DNA of 64,000 nucleotides from an uncultured Clostridia bacterium (lineage in GTDB: Bacteria; Bacillota; Clostridia; Christensenellales; UBA1242). The stretch lies in contig CANQOO010000006.1 in NCBI GenBank assembly GCA_947625515.1, positions 1,139-65,138 on the forward strand. Reading direction: 5' to 3'. This document shows positions 49,863 to 57,227 of the stretch, piece after piece. Position 1 is the first letter of the stretch, and each line of letters opens with the position of its first letter. The position numbers and the translations under genes were made by a program. The notes under the pieces were generated by a model. It was not told where the DNA came from. It did not search any database and worked only from the letters and a program-made list of their open reading frames with translations.

Positions 49863-50570
49863 ATGAAACAAAAAGGCATGCTGATTTCTTTTGAGGGCGG
49901 CGAGGGCTGCGGCAAAAGCACCCAACTTGCAATGTTTAAGGAATATCTTGAAAGACGAAACATTCCATATCTTGTGACGCGTGAGCCAGGCGGGACGGAT
50001 GTTGGGGAGGAAATTCGAAAAATTTTGCTTGACCCCAGCCACAAAATGTCTGCCCGCACGGAGTTTTTGCTTTTTTCTGCCAGCCGCAGCAAAATTGTGC
50101 AGGATGTCATCAAGCCGGCATTAGCGGAGGGCAAAGTGGTGATTTTGGACAGATATTTTGACAGTTCTTTTGTCTATCAAGGCTTTGCGGGCGGGGTGGA
50201 CCTATGTGACATCGCCAAAATCACGGAGGTCGCCATTGGCGAGGACCTGAAAATGAAGGCTGACCCCACAAGTGCGGTGCCGAAACTGACGGTCTATCTT
50301 GACCTTGCACCAGAGGTGGGCTTTGGCCGCAAGGCAAAAGACGCGAACCTTCAAAATCTTGACCGCATAGAGCAAAACGGGTTGGACTTTCACCGAAAGG
50401 TGCGAACCGGCTATCTCAAACTTGCCGAAGCGTTTCCGGAGCGGATTTGCGTTGTGGACGCATCTCAATCGCGGGAAGAGGTTTTGGCCGACGTGTGCAA
50501 ACTTTTTGAGCAGCGATATGAAAAATTTGCCGGCAAGTTGCCGGGCCGCAGCAGAAATGTCGAACAATGA
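49863..50570 (+). CDS. tmk: Thymidylate kinase
   Basis: MLISFEGGEGCGKSTQ (P-loop), LVTREPGGT and DRYFDSSFVYQG motifs, with an AAGGAG RBS. Confidence 0.9.
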   Translation: MKQKGMLISFEGGEGCGKSTQLAMFKEYLERRNIPYLVTREPGGTDVGEEIRKILLDPSHKMSARTEFLLFSASRSKIVQDVIKPALAEGKVVILDRYFDSSFVYQGFAGGVDLCDIAKITEVAIGEDLKMKADPTSAVPKLTVYLDLAPEVGFGRKAKDANLQNLDRIEQNGLDFHRKVRTGYLKLAEAFPERICVVDASQSREEVLADVCKLFEQRYEKFAGKLPGRSRNVEQ

Positions 50571-50805
50571 TTTTTTCCGCCGAAATTCCGCAACAAGGAA
50601 AAGGCTTATCACAATTTTTCACTTTTCATAAAATCATCGGCGAAAATTTTTCTCTTCTTAAATATGTAAAAATGGGTGAAAAGCCTGGATTTTTCACCAT
50701 TTTTTTTGTTTTAATCTCAATTTTCTTGACTTGCTTGCGGCAAATTTGATATAAAAAACATGATTAGGGCTTTGCATCGGCGTGCAAAGACAGGGAGAAA
50801 GAAAA

Positions 50806-51987
50806 ATGGACATTTTTCAAAAGATGAGGTCGGAGGACTTAAACTATAAAATTGCGAAAAAGGCGGGGGTATATCCATATTTCCACGCACTTTCCACGGG
50901 GCAGGACACACAGGTGATGATGGAGGGACATGACACCATCATGATTGGCTCCAACAACTATCTTGGCCTGACAAGCGAGCCGCGGGTCATCAACGCGGGC
51001 ATTGAGGCTTTGAGAAAATATGGCTCTGGCAACAGCGGTTCCAGATTTTTGAACGGCACGCTGGACCTTCACAAAACTTTGGAGAAAGAACTTGCCGCAT
51101 TTTTGCACAAAGAGGCGGTGATGACATTCTCCACCGGATTTCAGTCCAACCTTGGCATCATCAGTGCGGTTGTTGGTCCGCACGACTATGTCATCTGCGA
51201 CCGTGAAAATCATGCGTCCATATATGACGGCTGCAAACTTTCGTTCGGGAAGATGCTGCGATATAAGCACAGCGACATGGCGGAACTTGAAAGATGCTTG
51301 CAGCAGGTGCCAGCAGAGAGCGGCAGCCTGATTGTCACCGACGGCGTGTTCAGCATGGGCGGGGACATCTGCAAACTGCCAGAGATTGTTTCTCTTGCAA
51401 GAAAATATGGTGCCCGCGTGATGGTGGATGACGCTCACGCCCTGGGTGTTTTGGGCAAGCATGGCCGCGGGACGGCGGAATATTTTGGGCTTGAAGACCA
51501 GGTGGACATCTATATGGGCACATTCTCCAAGTCGCTGGCGTCGCTTGGGGGCTACATGGCTTCGTCGCAAGATGTTGTGGACTACGTCATGCACACCTCT
51601 CGCCCATACATTTTCAGTGCCAGCATCACGCCGGCATCGGCAGCGTGTGCACTTGAAAGTTTGCGAATTTTGGAAGAGAACCCGCAGAGAATTCAAGACC
51701 TTCTGGATATTTCGCAATATATGCGTGACGGCTTGAAAAAACTTGGCGTGAAAATCATCGACAGCATCACGCCAATCATTCCAATTTATGTGTATGAAGA
51801 CGAAAAAGCGTTCCTTGCGTGCAAAATGCTTTTGGAGCGTGGCGTGTATGTCAATCCGGTTGTTTCACCGGCGACCCCAAAAGGGATGGCACTGCTGCGA
51901 ACGTCCTACACTGCCACTCACACCAAGGCACAGATGGACCGTGCCATGAAGGCAATCAAAGAGGTGCTGGATTTGTTGCATGTGTGA
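50806..51987 (+). CDS. PLP-dependent alpha-oxoamine synthase, closest by eye to serine palmitoyltransferase (KBL/BioF/SPT family)
   Basis: I chose the ATG at 50806 (AGGGAG RBS); the tracked start is a GTG at 50782. Blocks matching Sphingomonas SPT as I recall it are GSGNSGSRFLNGT, FSTGFQSNLGIISAV, YVICDRENHASIYDGC, GVFSMGGDICKLPEIV, VMVDDAHALG, GTFSKSLASLGGY (PLP Lys), RPYIFSAS and GVYVNPVVSPATPKG..LLR. Confidence 0.75.
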   Translation: MDIFQKMRSEDLNYKIAKKAGVYPYFHALSTGQDTQVMMEGHDTIMIGSNNYLGLTSEPRVINAGIEALRKYGSGNSGSRFLNGTLDLHKTLEKELAAFLHKEAVMTFSTGFQSNLGIISAVVGPHDYVICDRENHASIYDGCKLSFGKMLRYKHSDMAELERCLQQVPAESGSLIVTDGVFSMGGDICKLPEIVSLARKYGARVMVDDAHALGVLGKHGRGTAEYFGLEDQVDIYMGTFSKSLASLGGYMASSQDVVDYVMHTSRPYIFSASITPASAACALESLRILEENPQRIQDLLDISQYMRDGLKKLGVKIIDSITPIIPIYVYEDEKAFLACKMLLERGVYVNPVVSPATPKGMALLRTSYTATHTKAQMDRAMKAIKEVLDLLHV

Positions 51988-52088
51988 AATCCATTTGAGA
52001 TGTGAGTATGCAAAGTCATCCCCAAAAAGTGACCTTAGCACACACATGTGTCAAAAGAAATGGCTGAAAAGAAAAATTTTTCATTTTT

Positions 52089-52150
52089 TTACTTGACAAG
52101 TGTGTAATATTTGTGAAATAATAAAATGTGTAAAAGAAGGCATACTTATT
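52089..52150 (+). promoter_or_regulatory. Conserved promoter-like block P1 (TTACTTGACA ... TTGTGAAATAATAAAA ... CATACTT)
   Basis: An about 60-bp block repeated at 56392-56450. It contains a TTGACA -35-like hexamer. The -10 assignment is ambiguous. Confidence 0.4.
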
Positions 52151-52225
52151 GTAGGGCAATTTAGGAAACGAATTCTTCATTTCAGAAGAAGAAAAAGGAG
52201 GATTTTGGGAATAAATTCTGTTTAA

Positions 52226-52340
52226 AAAGTTTTGAGACTTTCTTTTCAAAAAAGTTCGGGTGGGAAGAATAGATAGTTTTGCCTAATCACTGTATATTCG
52301 GACAGAAAATGGGAAAGCAAAATTATAAAGGAGAAAATTA
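52226..52340 (+). promoter_or_regulatory. Conserved leader module, copy 1 (imperfect palindrome, hairpin 52267-52299, RBS)
   Basis: AAAGTTTTGAGACTTT...GTTCGGGTGGGAA-GAATAGATAG-TTTTGCCTAATCA-CTGTATATTC-GGACAG...AAAGGAG. It is homologous to the leaders at 53450, 54474 and 55406. Confidence 0.55.
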
Positions 52341-53015
52341 ATGACAACAAAGAAAAAACTTCTCACAGCACTTTCAATGTTCGCATTGGTGGCAGTTGTT
52401 GCAGCAGTTTCCGTAGGAATCACGTTTGCGGCACTGAGTGGACAAGTTACATCTCAATTCAAAATCTCTTACACTGCATCCAACGTTGAAGCAGAACTTC
52501 AAGCAAAATATTCAACTGATGGTGGAAAAACTTACACCGCCATTGAAGTGAATGGAGCAGGGGACGGCGATAATCACACAATTAAATTTGAGAAAACAAC
52601 TGAAACTGCACAAAACAGCAAATCATTTAAGGACACAACCAACCTTAATTTTAAGGATAAGGAAAACTTCTTGGTTATTGCATTCTACTTCAAGAACACA
52701 TCAACATCAAGCAATAAGTTGGATATCACACCAAAATTTACACCAACTACCAGTGATGCAGAAGGCAAGAAGAATGTAACTGTCACTTATAGTTGGTTGG
52801 ACAGCGAGACTGGCGGCGTCAGTGGTTTCGATACATTCTCCACACCATCTCCTATTAACACTGATATAACCTCAAATTTCACTAATGCAGAAGAGTTGGA
52901 CGCAGAGGTTGAAGCAATCCTTTTTGTTAAGGTTGAAATTACCGAAGAAATCAAGGATGCAACTTTTGCGGGAACATTCACTTTCGACCTTAAAAATGCA
53001 AGTGAAGCGGTTTGA
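52341..53015 (+). CDS. TasA/camelysin-like secreted protein with SipW-type signal peptide (paralogue 1)
   Basis: MTTKKKLLTALSMFALVAVVAAVSVGITFAALSG fits the SipW-cognate signal pattern (KKK...hydrophobic...G.T.AAF/L.., compare TasA GGGTWAAFND). The C-terminal ATFAGTFTFDLKN resembles the F.F.F.A.Q strand of the TasA family. AAAGGAG RBS. Confidence 0.8.
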   Translation: MTTKKKLLTALSMFALVAVVAAVSVGITFAALSGQVTSQFKISYTASNVEAELQAKYSTDGGKTYTAIEVNGAGDGDNHTIKFEKTTETAQNSKSFKDTTNLNFKDKENFLVIAFYFKNTSTSSNKLDITPKFTPTTSDAEGKKNVTVTYSWLDSETGGVSGFDTFSTPSPINTDITSNFTNAEELDAEVEAILFVKVEITEEIKDATFAGTFTFDLKNASEAV

Positions 53016-53263
53016 TTGAAGCGTTAAGGAACATCAGAAAACTTCTTAAATGCTTAGTAAGTTGAAACTGAACAATTTGCGAAGTTAAAACTTGACAAAT
53101 ACTTATCAAGAGTTTGAGGAGATTTGATTGGGCGAACATTGTGTCAGCGATGCTGAGCAAACGCAAAAAACAAAAAAGTTGACAGTCATCTTGCAAGGAG
53201 GCTGGAAACGAAAAGTGGCAGCAGGGCGGAGGCTTGGAAAACAACTTAATATTTTGGATTATC

Positions 53264-53317
53264 CTTTCTCGTGATGTCTTTGATTAGGCGGGTATTGCGG
53301 GGGGGGGTAATTTTTTT
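53264..53317 (+). terminator. Terminator-like long hairpin after paralogue 1, with a G9 tract as its 3' arm
   Basis: CCTTTCTCG (53264-53272) can pair, with G-U pairs, to GCGGGGGGGG (53298-53307). An inner hairpin lies between, and TAATTTTTTT follows. Confidence 0.4.
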
Positions 53318-53449
53318 GACAAAAATGGACTACATTTAAATTTTCAGAACATTTTGCAAAAAGTTCTCCCCTTCTCGTGCGAGACCAAGCGAAAGTGCAT
53401 TTTGCGAATAGATGTTTGTCAAAGGCACTCGCGAGAAAGTTTAGATATA

Positions 53450-53566
53450 AAGTTTTGAAACTTTCTTCAAAAAAGTTCGGGTGGGAAAGAATAGATTGTT
53501 TTGCCAAATCACAATCATATTCGGACGATAATGGGAAACACAAAAATTTAATAAGGAGAAAACAAA
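53450..53566 (+). promoter_or_regulatory. Conserved leader module, copy 2 (palindrome AAAGTTTTGAAACTTT, hairpin 53490-53523)
   Basis: AAAGTTTTGAAACTTT...GTTCGGGTGGGAAA-GAATAGATTG-TTTTGCCAAATCA-CAATCATATTC-GGACGATAATGGG...AAGGAG. Confidence 0.55.
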
Positions 53567-54247
53567 ATGACAACAAAGAAAAAACTTCTCACAGCACTTT
53601 CAATGTTTGCATTGGTCGCTGTTGTGGCTGCAGTTTCTGTTGGAATCACGTTTGCAGCGTTGAGCGGAAATGTTAAATCCACATTTAACATCACATACAC
53701 CGCATCTAACGTTGAAGCAACAGTTACTGCTCAATATTCTCTTGACGGCAAAAGACCAAATTATCTTGGCTCATCTGGCGATGCAAGCGTTGGCACATTG
53801 AATGACATGCAAGCAGGCGAATCGAAAGAAATCAAATTTGAGCTTGCAACAACAAACGCTGATGCTCAAACCAAGACTTTTGATGCAATAACAAACAAGA
53901 CATTTGCTGACCAAGACTCTTCAATCTACATCAAGTTCACATTCCAAAACGACAGTGCTGACTATGCATTGAAAGTTACACCAACTTTCACCCCAAAACA
54001 AGAGAACAAGAATGTAACTCTAAACTATTACTGGGATGAAACTGGAGCGGCTGCATTGCCATCATCCACCACAACATTTGTAAGCGGAAACATTGGTGAT
54101 GCTGAACATGTAATTGCTGCTAAAACTAGTGCCGCTGTTAAACATGTTCTTTGGATTCGCGTTGACATCACCGACAACATCAAGGAAGCTACATTCTCTG
54201 GTGACTTCGGATTTACACTTGTAAACGGAGACCATGTTGAACCTTAA
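53567..54247 (+). CDS. TasA/camelysin-like secreted protein with SipW-type signal peptide (paralogue 2)
   Basis: The N-terminal 34 aa are identical to paralogue 1. The mature N-terminus is NVKSTFNITYTASNVEA and the C-terminus is EATFSGDFGFTLVN. Confidence 0.8.
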   Translation: MTTKKKLLTALSMFALVAVVAAVSVGITFAALSGNVKSTFNITYTASNVEATVTAQYSLDGKRPNYLGSSGDASVGTLNDMQAGESKEIKFELATTNADAQTKTFDAITNKTFADQDSSIYIKFTFQNDSADYALKVTPTFTPKQENKNVTLNYYWDETGAAALPSSTTTFVSGNIGDAEHVIAAKTSAAVKHVLWIRVDITDNIKEATFSGDFGFTLVNGDHVEP

Positions 54248-54278
54248 GGGTTAGACAAAATACTTAAAATTTAATTAT

Positions 54279-54333
54279 CCTTTCTCGCGTGCCTATGATT
54301 TGGCGGGTATTGCGGGGGGGGGGGAAATTTTTT
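54279..54333 (+). terminator. Terminator-like long hairpin after paralogue 2, with a G11 tract as its 3' arm
   Basis: CCTTTCTCGC (54279-54288) can pair with GCGGGGGGGGGGG (G-run 54314-54324). AAATTTTTT follows. Confidence 0.4.
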
Positions 54334-54473
54334 AACAAAAACAGGCACGGAGAAATTCCAGTCCTGAAAAACAAATGCTGAAAAAGTCATAAATTTCTCC
54401 CCTCTCTCGCGACATTATGAATTTTGCGAATAGTTTTCGCCCAGTCATGGCACCCGAAACAGGATTTTTAAAA

Positions 54474-54594
54474 AAAGTTTTGAAACTTTCTTTAAAAAAG
54501 TTCGGGCGGGAAAGAACATTTTGGTTTTGCCAAATCACCAAATGTTCGGACGATAATGGGAAAACAAAAATTTAAATAAGGAGAAAAACAAAAA
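54474..54594 (+). promoter_or_regulatory. Conserved leader module, copy 3 (palindrome, hairpin 54514-54547)
   Basis: AAAGTTTTGAAACTTT...GTTCGGGCGGGAAA-GAACATTTTGG-TTTTGCCAAATCA-CCAAATGTTC-GGACGATAATGGG...AAGGAG. Confidence 0.55.
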
Positions 54595-55245
54595 ATGACA
54601 ACAAAGAAAAAACTTCTCACAGCACTCTCATTGTTTGCATTGGTTGCTGTTGTAGCTGCAGTTTCTGTTGGAATCACCTTCGCAGCTTTGAGCGGAAGTG
54701 TTAAATCCACATTTAACATTACTTACACCGCTTCAAACGTTACCGCAACAATGAAGGCAAAATATTCCACTAACTCTGCAACTTCTTTCACTGGCTTGAC
54801 ACCAAAAACAGGCTCTGGCACTGGCGATTCAATTACATTCGTTGCTGGCGATGCAACAGGAACTGAAAAAGAGTTCAATGCGGTTACAGCAACATTTGCT
54901 GGCCCTGATAAAGACATCTATGTTGCATTTTCATTTGAAAATCAACACGCTAGTGACGCTATGAACGTAACCTTGACATATAACAAGGGCACAGACTCTA
55001 ACGTTACAGTGACATATGCTTGGGATGCAGCAGGAACAACTTATGGTGAATCTCAGGAAGATGCCGGCACTCATCCAGATGTATCTACAAGCCTTCCAAG
55101 TGGCAGTGCAATTGCCGCTCAAAAGATTGAACATGGCAAAACAGCCGTTCTTTGGGTTAAGGTTCACATCACATCCAACATCGAAAGTGCAACATTTGGT
55201 GGAAGCTTCAGCTTCGCTCTTCAAAATGTTGCCGCTGCTGCTTAA
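54595..55245 (+). CDS. TasA/camelysin-like secreted protein with SipW-type signal peptide (paralogue 3)
   Basis: Same signal peptide family. More than 90 percent identical at nucleotide level to paralogue 4 over the first about 300 nt. C-terminus SATFGGSFSFALQN. Confidence 0.8.
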   Translation: MTTKKKLLTALSLFALVAVVAAVSVGITFAALSGSVKSTFNITYTASNVTATMKAKYSTNSATSFTGLTPKTGSGTGDSITFVAGDATGTEKEFNAVTATFAGPDKDIYVAFSFENQHASDAMNVTLTYNKGTDSNVTVTYAWDAAGTTYGESQEDAGTHPDVSTSLPSGSAIAAQKIEHGKTAVLWVKVHITSNIESATFGGSFSFALQNVAAAA

Positions 55246-55277
55246 TTGCACTGAGTTGCGAATACATTTCTAAATTG

Positions 55278-55334
55278 TCTTCACTTTTGACGCCTATGAT
55301 TTGGCGGGAGTCCTTGGTGAGGGCAATTTTCTTT
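55278..55334 (+). terminator. Terminator-like hairpin after paralogue 3
   Basis: TCTTCAC (55278-55284) pairs with GTGAGGG (55317-55323) around the inner hairpin CGCC-TATGATTT-GGCG. T-rich CAATTTTCTTT follows. Confidence 0.35.
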
Positions 55335-55405
55335 GACACTCGCGACGTCATGAATTTTGCGAATATCTTTTGCCCAGTCATGACACCCGAAACTGGATTT
55401 TTAAA

Positions 55406-55525
55406 AAAGTTTTGAAACTTTCTTTTAAAACAGTTCGGGCGAAAAGGAACATTTTGGTTACGCCAAATCACCAAATGTTCGGACGATAAAGGCAAACACA
55501 AAAAATTTAATAAGGAGAAAACAAA
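55406..55525 (+). promoter_or_regulatory. Conserved leader module, copy 4 (palindrome, hairpin 55447-55480)
   Basis: AAAGTTTTGAAACTTT...GTTCGGGCGAAAAG-GAACATTTTGG-TTACGCCAAATCA-CCAAATGTTC-GGACGATAAAGGC...AAGGAG. Confidence 0.55.
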
Positions 55526-56194
55526 ATGACAACAAAGAAAAAACTTCTCACAGCACTCTCATTGTTCGCATTGGTTGCTGTTGTGGCAGCTGTCTCTGTT
55601 GGAATCACCTTCGCAGCGTTGAGCGGAAATGTTAAATCCACGTTTAACATTACTTACACCGCTTCAAACGTTACTGCAACAATGAAGGCAAAATATTCCA
55701 CTAACTCTGCAACTTCCTTCACTGGCTTGACACCAAAAACAGGCTCTGGCACTGGCGATTCAATTACATTCGTTGCTGGCGACGCAACAGGAACTGAAAA
55801 AGAGTTCAATCCGGTTAAAACAACATTTGCTGGACCTGATGCAGACATTTATGTTGCATTTTCATTTACAAATCAACATGCTACTGACGATATGAACGTA
55901 ACCTTGACATACGACAAGGGTGGTGACAAAAATGTTGAGGTGAAATATGCTTGGGATGCAGCAGGAACAACTTATGGCTCATCTCAGGTTGATGCTGGCA
56001 AACATCCAACAATCTCCACAGCCCTTCCAAGTGGCAAGGCAATTGATGCTCAAAAGATTGAACATGGCGATACAGCCGTTCTTTGGATTATGGTTCACAT
56101 CACATCCAACATTGCTGATGCAACATTTGGTGGAAGCTTCAGCTTCGCCCTTCAAAATGCTGCCCCTGGTAGTGAGGTGTCTTCACCTTGGTAA
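55526..56194 (+). CDS. TasA/camelysin-like secreted protein with SipW-type signal peptide (paralogue 4)
   Basis: As paralogue 3. C-terminal DATFGGSFSFALQN plus a short extension AAPGSEVSSPW. Confidence 0.8.
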   Translation: MTTKKKLLTALSLFALVAVVAAVSVGITFAALSGNVKSTFNITYTASNVTATMKAKYSTNSATSFTGLTPKTGSGTGDSITFVAGDATGTEKEFNPVKTTFAGPDADIYVAFSFTNQHATDDMNVTLTYDKGGDKNVEVKYAWDAAGTTYGSSQVDAGKHPTISTALPSGKAIDAQKIEHGDTAVLWIMVHITSNIADATFGGSFSFALQNAAPGSEVSSPW

Positions 56195-56309
56195 AAAGGC
56201 TGGTCAAAAGTCTAGTCAAGAAATCCTACTTTCTCGATAGTTACTTGCTCCTAGATAATAATGACATAGCTTTTTAATCGAATTAAATTGCGAATATTTT
56301 TTCGAATTG

Positions 56310-56366
56310 TTCTCACTTTTGACGCCTATGATTTGGCGAGAGTCCTTGGTGAGGACAATTTTTTTG
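56310..56366 (+). terminator. Terminator-like hairpin after paralogue 4
   Basis: TTCTCAC (56310-56316) pairs with GTGAGGA (56349-56355) around CGCC-TATGATTT-GGCG. CAATTTTTTT follows. Confidence 0.4.
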
Positions 56367-56391
56367 TCTTTTTGTCATGTTTTTTTTGATT

Positions 56392-56450
56392 TTACTTGAC
56401 TTTACATCACTTTTGTGAAATAATAAAAAAGGTGAAATAAGCCATACTTT
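56392..56450 (+). promoter_or_regulatory. Conserved promoter-like block P2 (copy of P1) upstream of the 56480 gene
   Basis: TTACTTGACT...TTGTGAAATAATAAAA...GCCATACTT aligns with 52089-52150. Confidence 0.4.
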
Positions 56451-56479
56451 TTTTAGACAAAAATTTTTGAGGTTTTGCT

Positions 56480-57220
56480 ATGGAAACAAATGGCTTGCAA
56501 TCAAGTCAACAAAACAACGGTCAAAACGCTGGGCAAAATGTCAAGAGTCTTGGGGCACAAACTCCAAGACAGCCTCAACAACCGCCAAAGACTGGCGTCC
56601 CAAATGAAGGCGAGGGCGTGAAATTGACCAAAGAAGAACACTCTCTTCAGCCAGAACAGCCTGAGGAAAAGAAAAAGCGAAAAAAACTTTTGCTTCTTCT
56701 TTTGCTTCTTCTGCTTTTGATTGGTCTGGCAGGCGGAGGAATTGCTGCCGCATTCTTGATTCGCCCAACTGAGGTGGATGCCGTTGTGCATGTTGGCTTT
56801 GACCCTCTGCTTTGGTCAGAACAATATCGTCCAATCCCAGGCGGGGCAGAGAACTTCGACATGCGGCTTTCAGACACCCCGCAATACACCACTCAAAACG
56901 TCAACCAAAATGTTTTGGAAGACCAATATCTTTGCTTCCATTACAGCCTCTTGAATGACGGCCCAAAAGAGGTCAGCTGGGCACTCAGTTTGGAAGAGCT
57001 TGAAAACAACGGCTTTGACATAACCTACTGTCTCGGCGATGTGAACAACCCCGTTGACCACATTATTGGGCAAAACACCACCGTCTCCTCGCAAGAGGGG
57101 CTCCGACCTGGTGCCACCGAAGAAATTTGGGTGTTCTTCCGTGTGGACACTCTTAACCCACCCGTTTCTGGAAATCCTTCCATTTCTGGTTCGTTGATTT
57201 TGACAATCTCAATCGTATGA
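56480..57220 (+). CDS. Divergent fifth SipW-type substrate or anchor-like protein: Q/N/P-rich N-terminal extension, poly-Leu TM/signal segment, small beta-rich domain
   Basis: About 65 aa of low complexity (QSSQQNNGQNAGQN..PRQPQQPPK), then KKKRKKLLLLLLLLLLLIGLAGGGIAAAFLIRP (KKK-hydrophobic-GGG.AAAF, like TasA GGGTWAAFND). The remaining about 150 aa end in EEIWVFFRVDT...ISGSLILTISIV, echoing the C-terminal strands of the four paralogues. Its stop lies 7 nt before the peptidase ATG. Confidence 0.7.
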   Translation: METNGLQSSQQNNGQNAGQNVKSLGAQTPRQPQQPPKTGVPNEGEGVKLTKEEHSLQPEQPEEKKKRKKLLLLLLLLLLLIGLAGGGIAAAFLIRPTEVDAVVHVGFDPLLWSEQYRPIPGGAENFDMRLSDTPQYTTQNVNQNVLEDQYLCFHYSLLNDGPKEVSWALSLEELENNGFDITYCLGDVNNPVDHIIGQNTTVSSQEGLRPGATEEIWVFFRVDTLNPPVSGNPSISGSLILTISIV

Positions 57221-57227
57221 GGTGACT

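Noticed and set aside
53259-55501. Similar-looking small reverse-strand ORFs in the inter-paralogue spacers (53259..53576, 54332..54541, 55208..55501), considered as a conserved antisense micro-protein
   Set aside because: Their similarity follows from the conserved DNA leader. Differences between copies are mostly non-synonymous and include frame and length changes, starts are not conserved, and no RBS is evident. RNA or DNA-level conservation (palindrome plus covarying hairpin) explains the pattern better.
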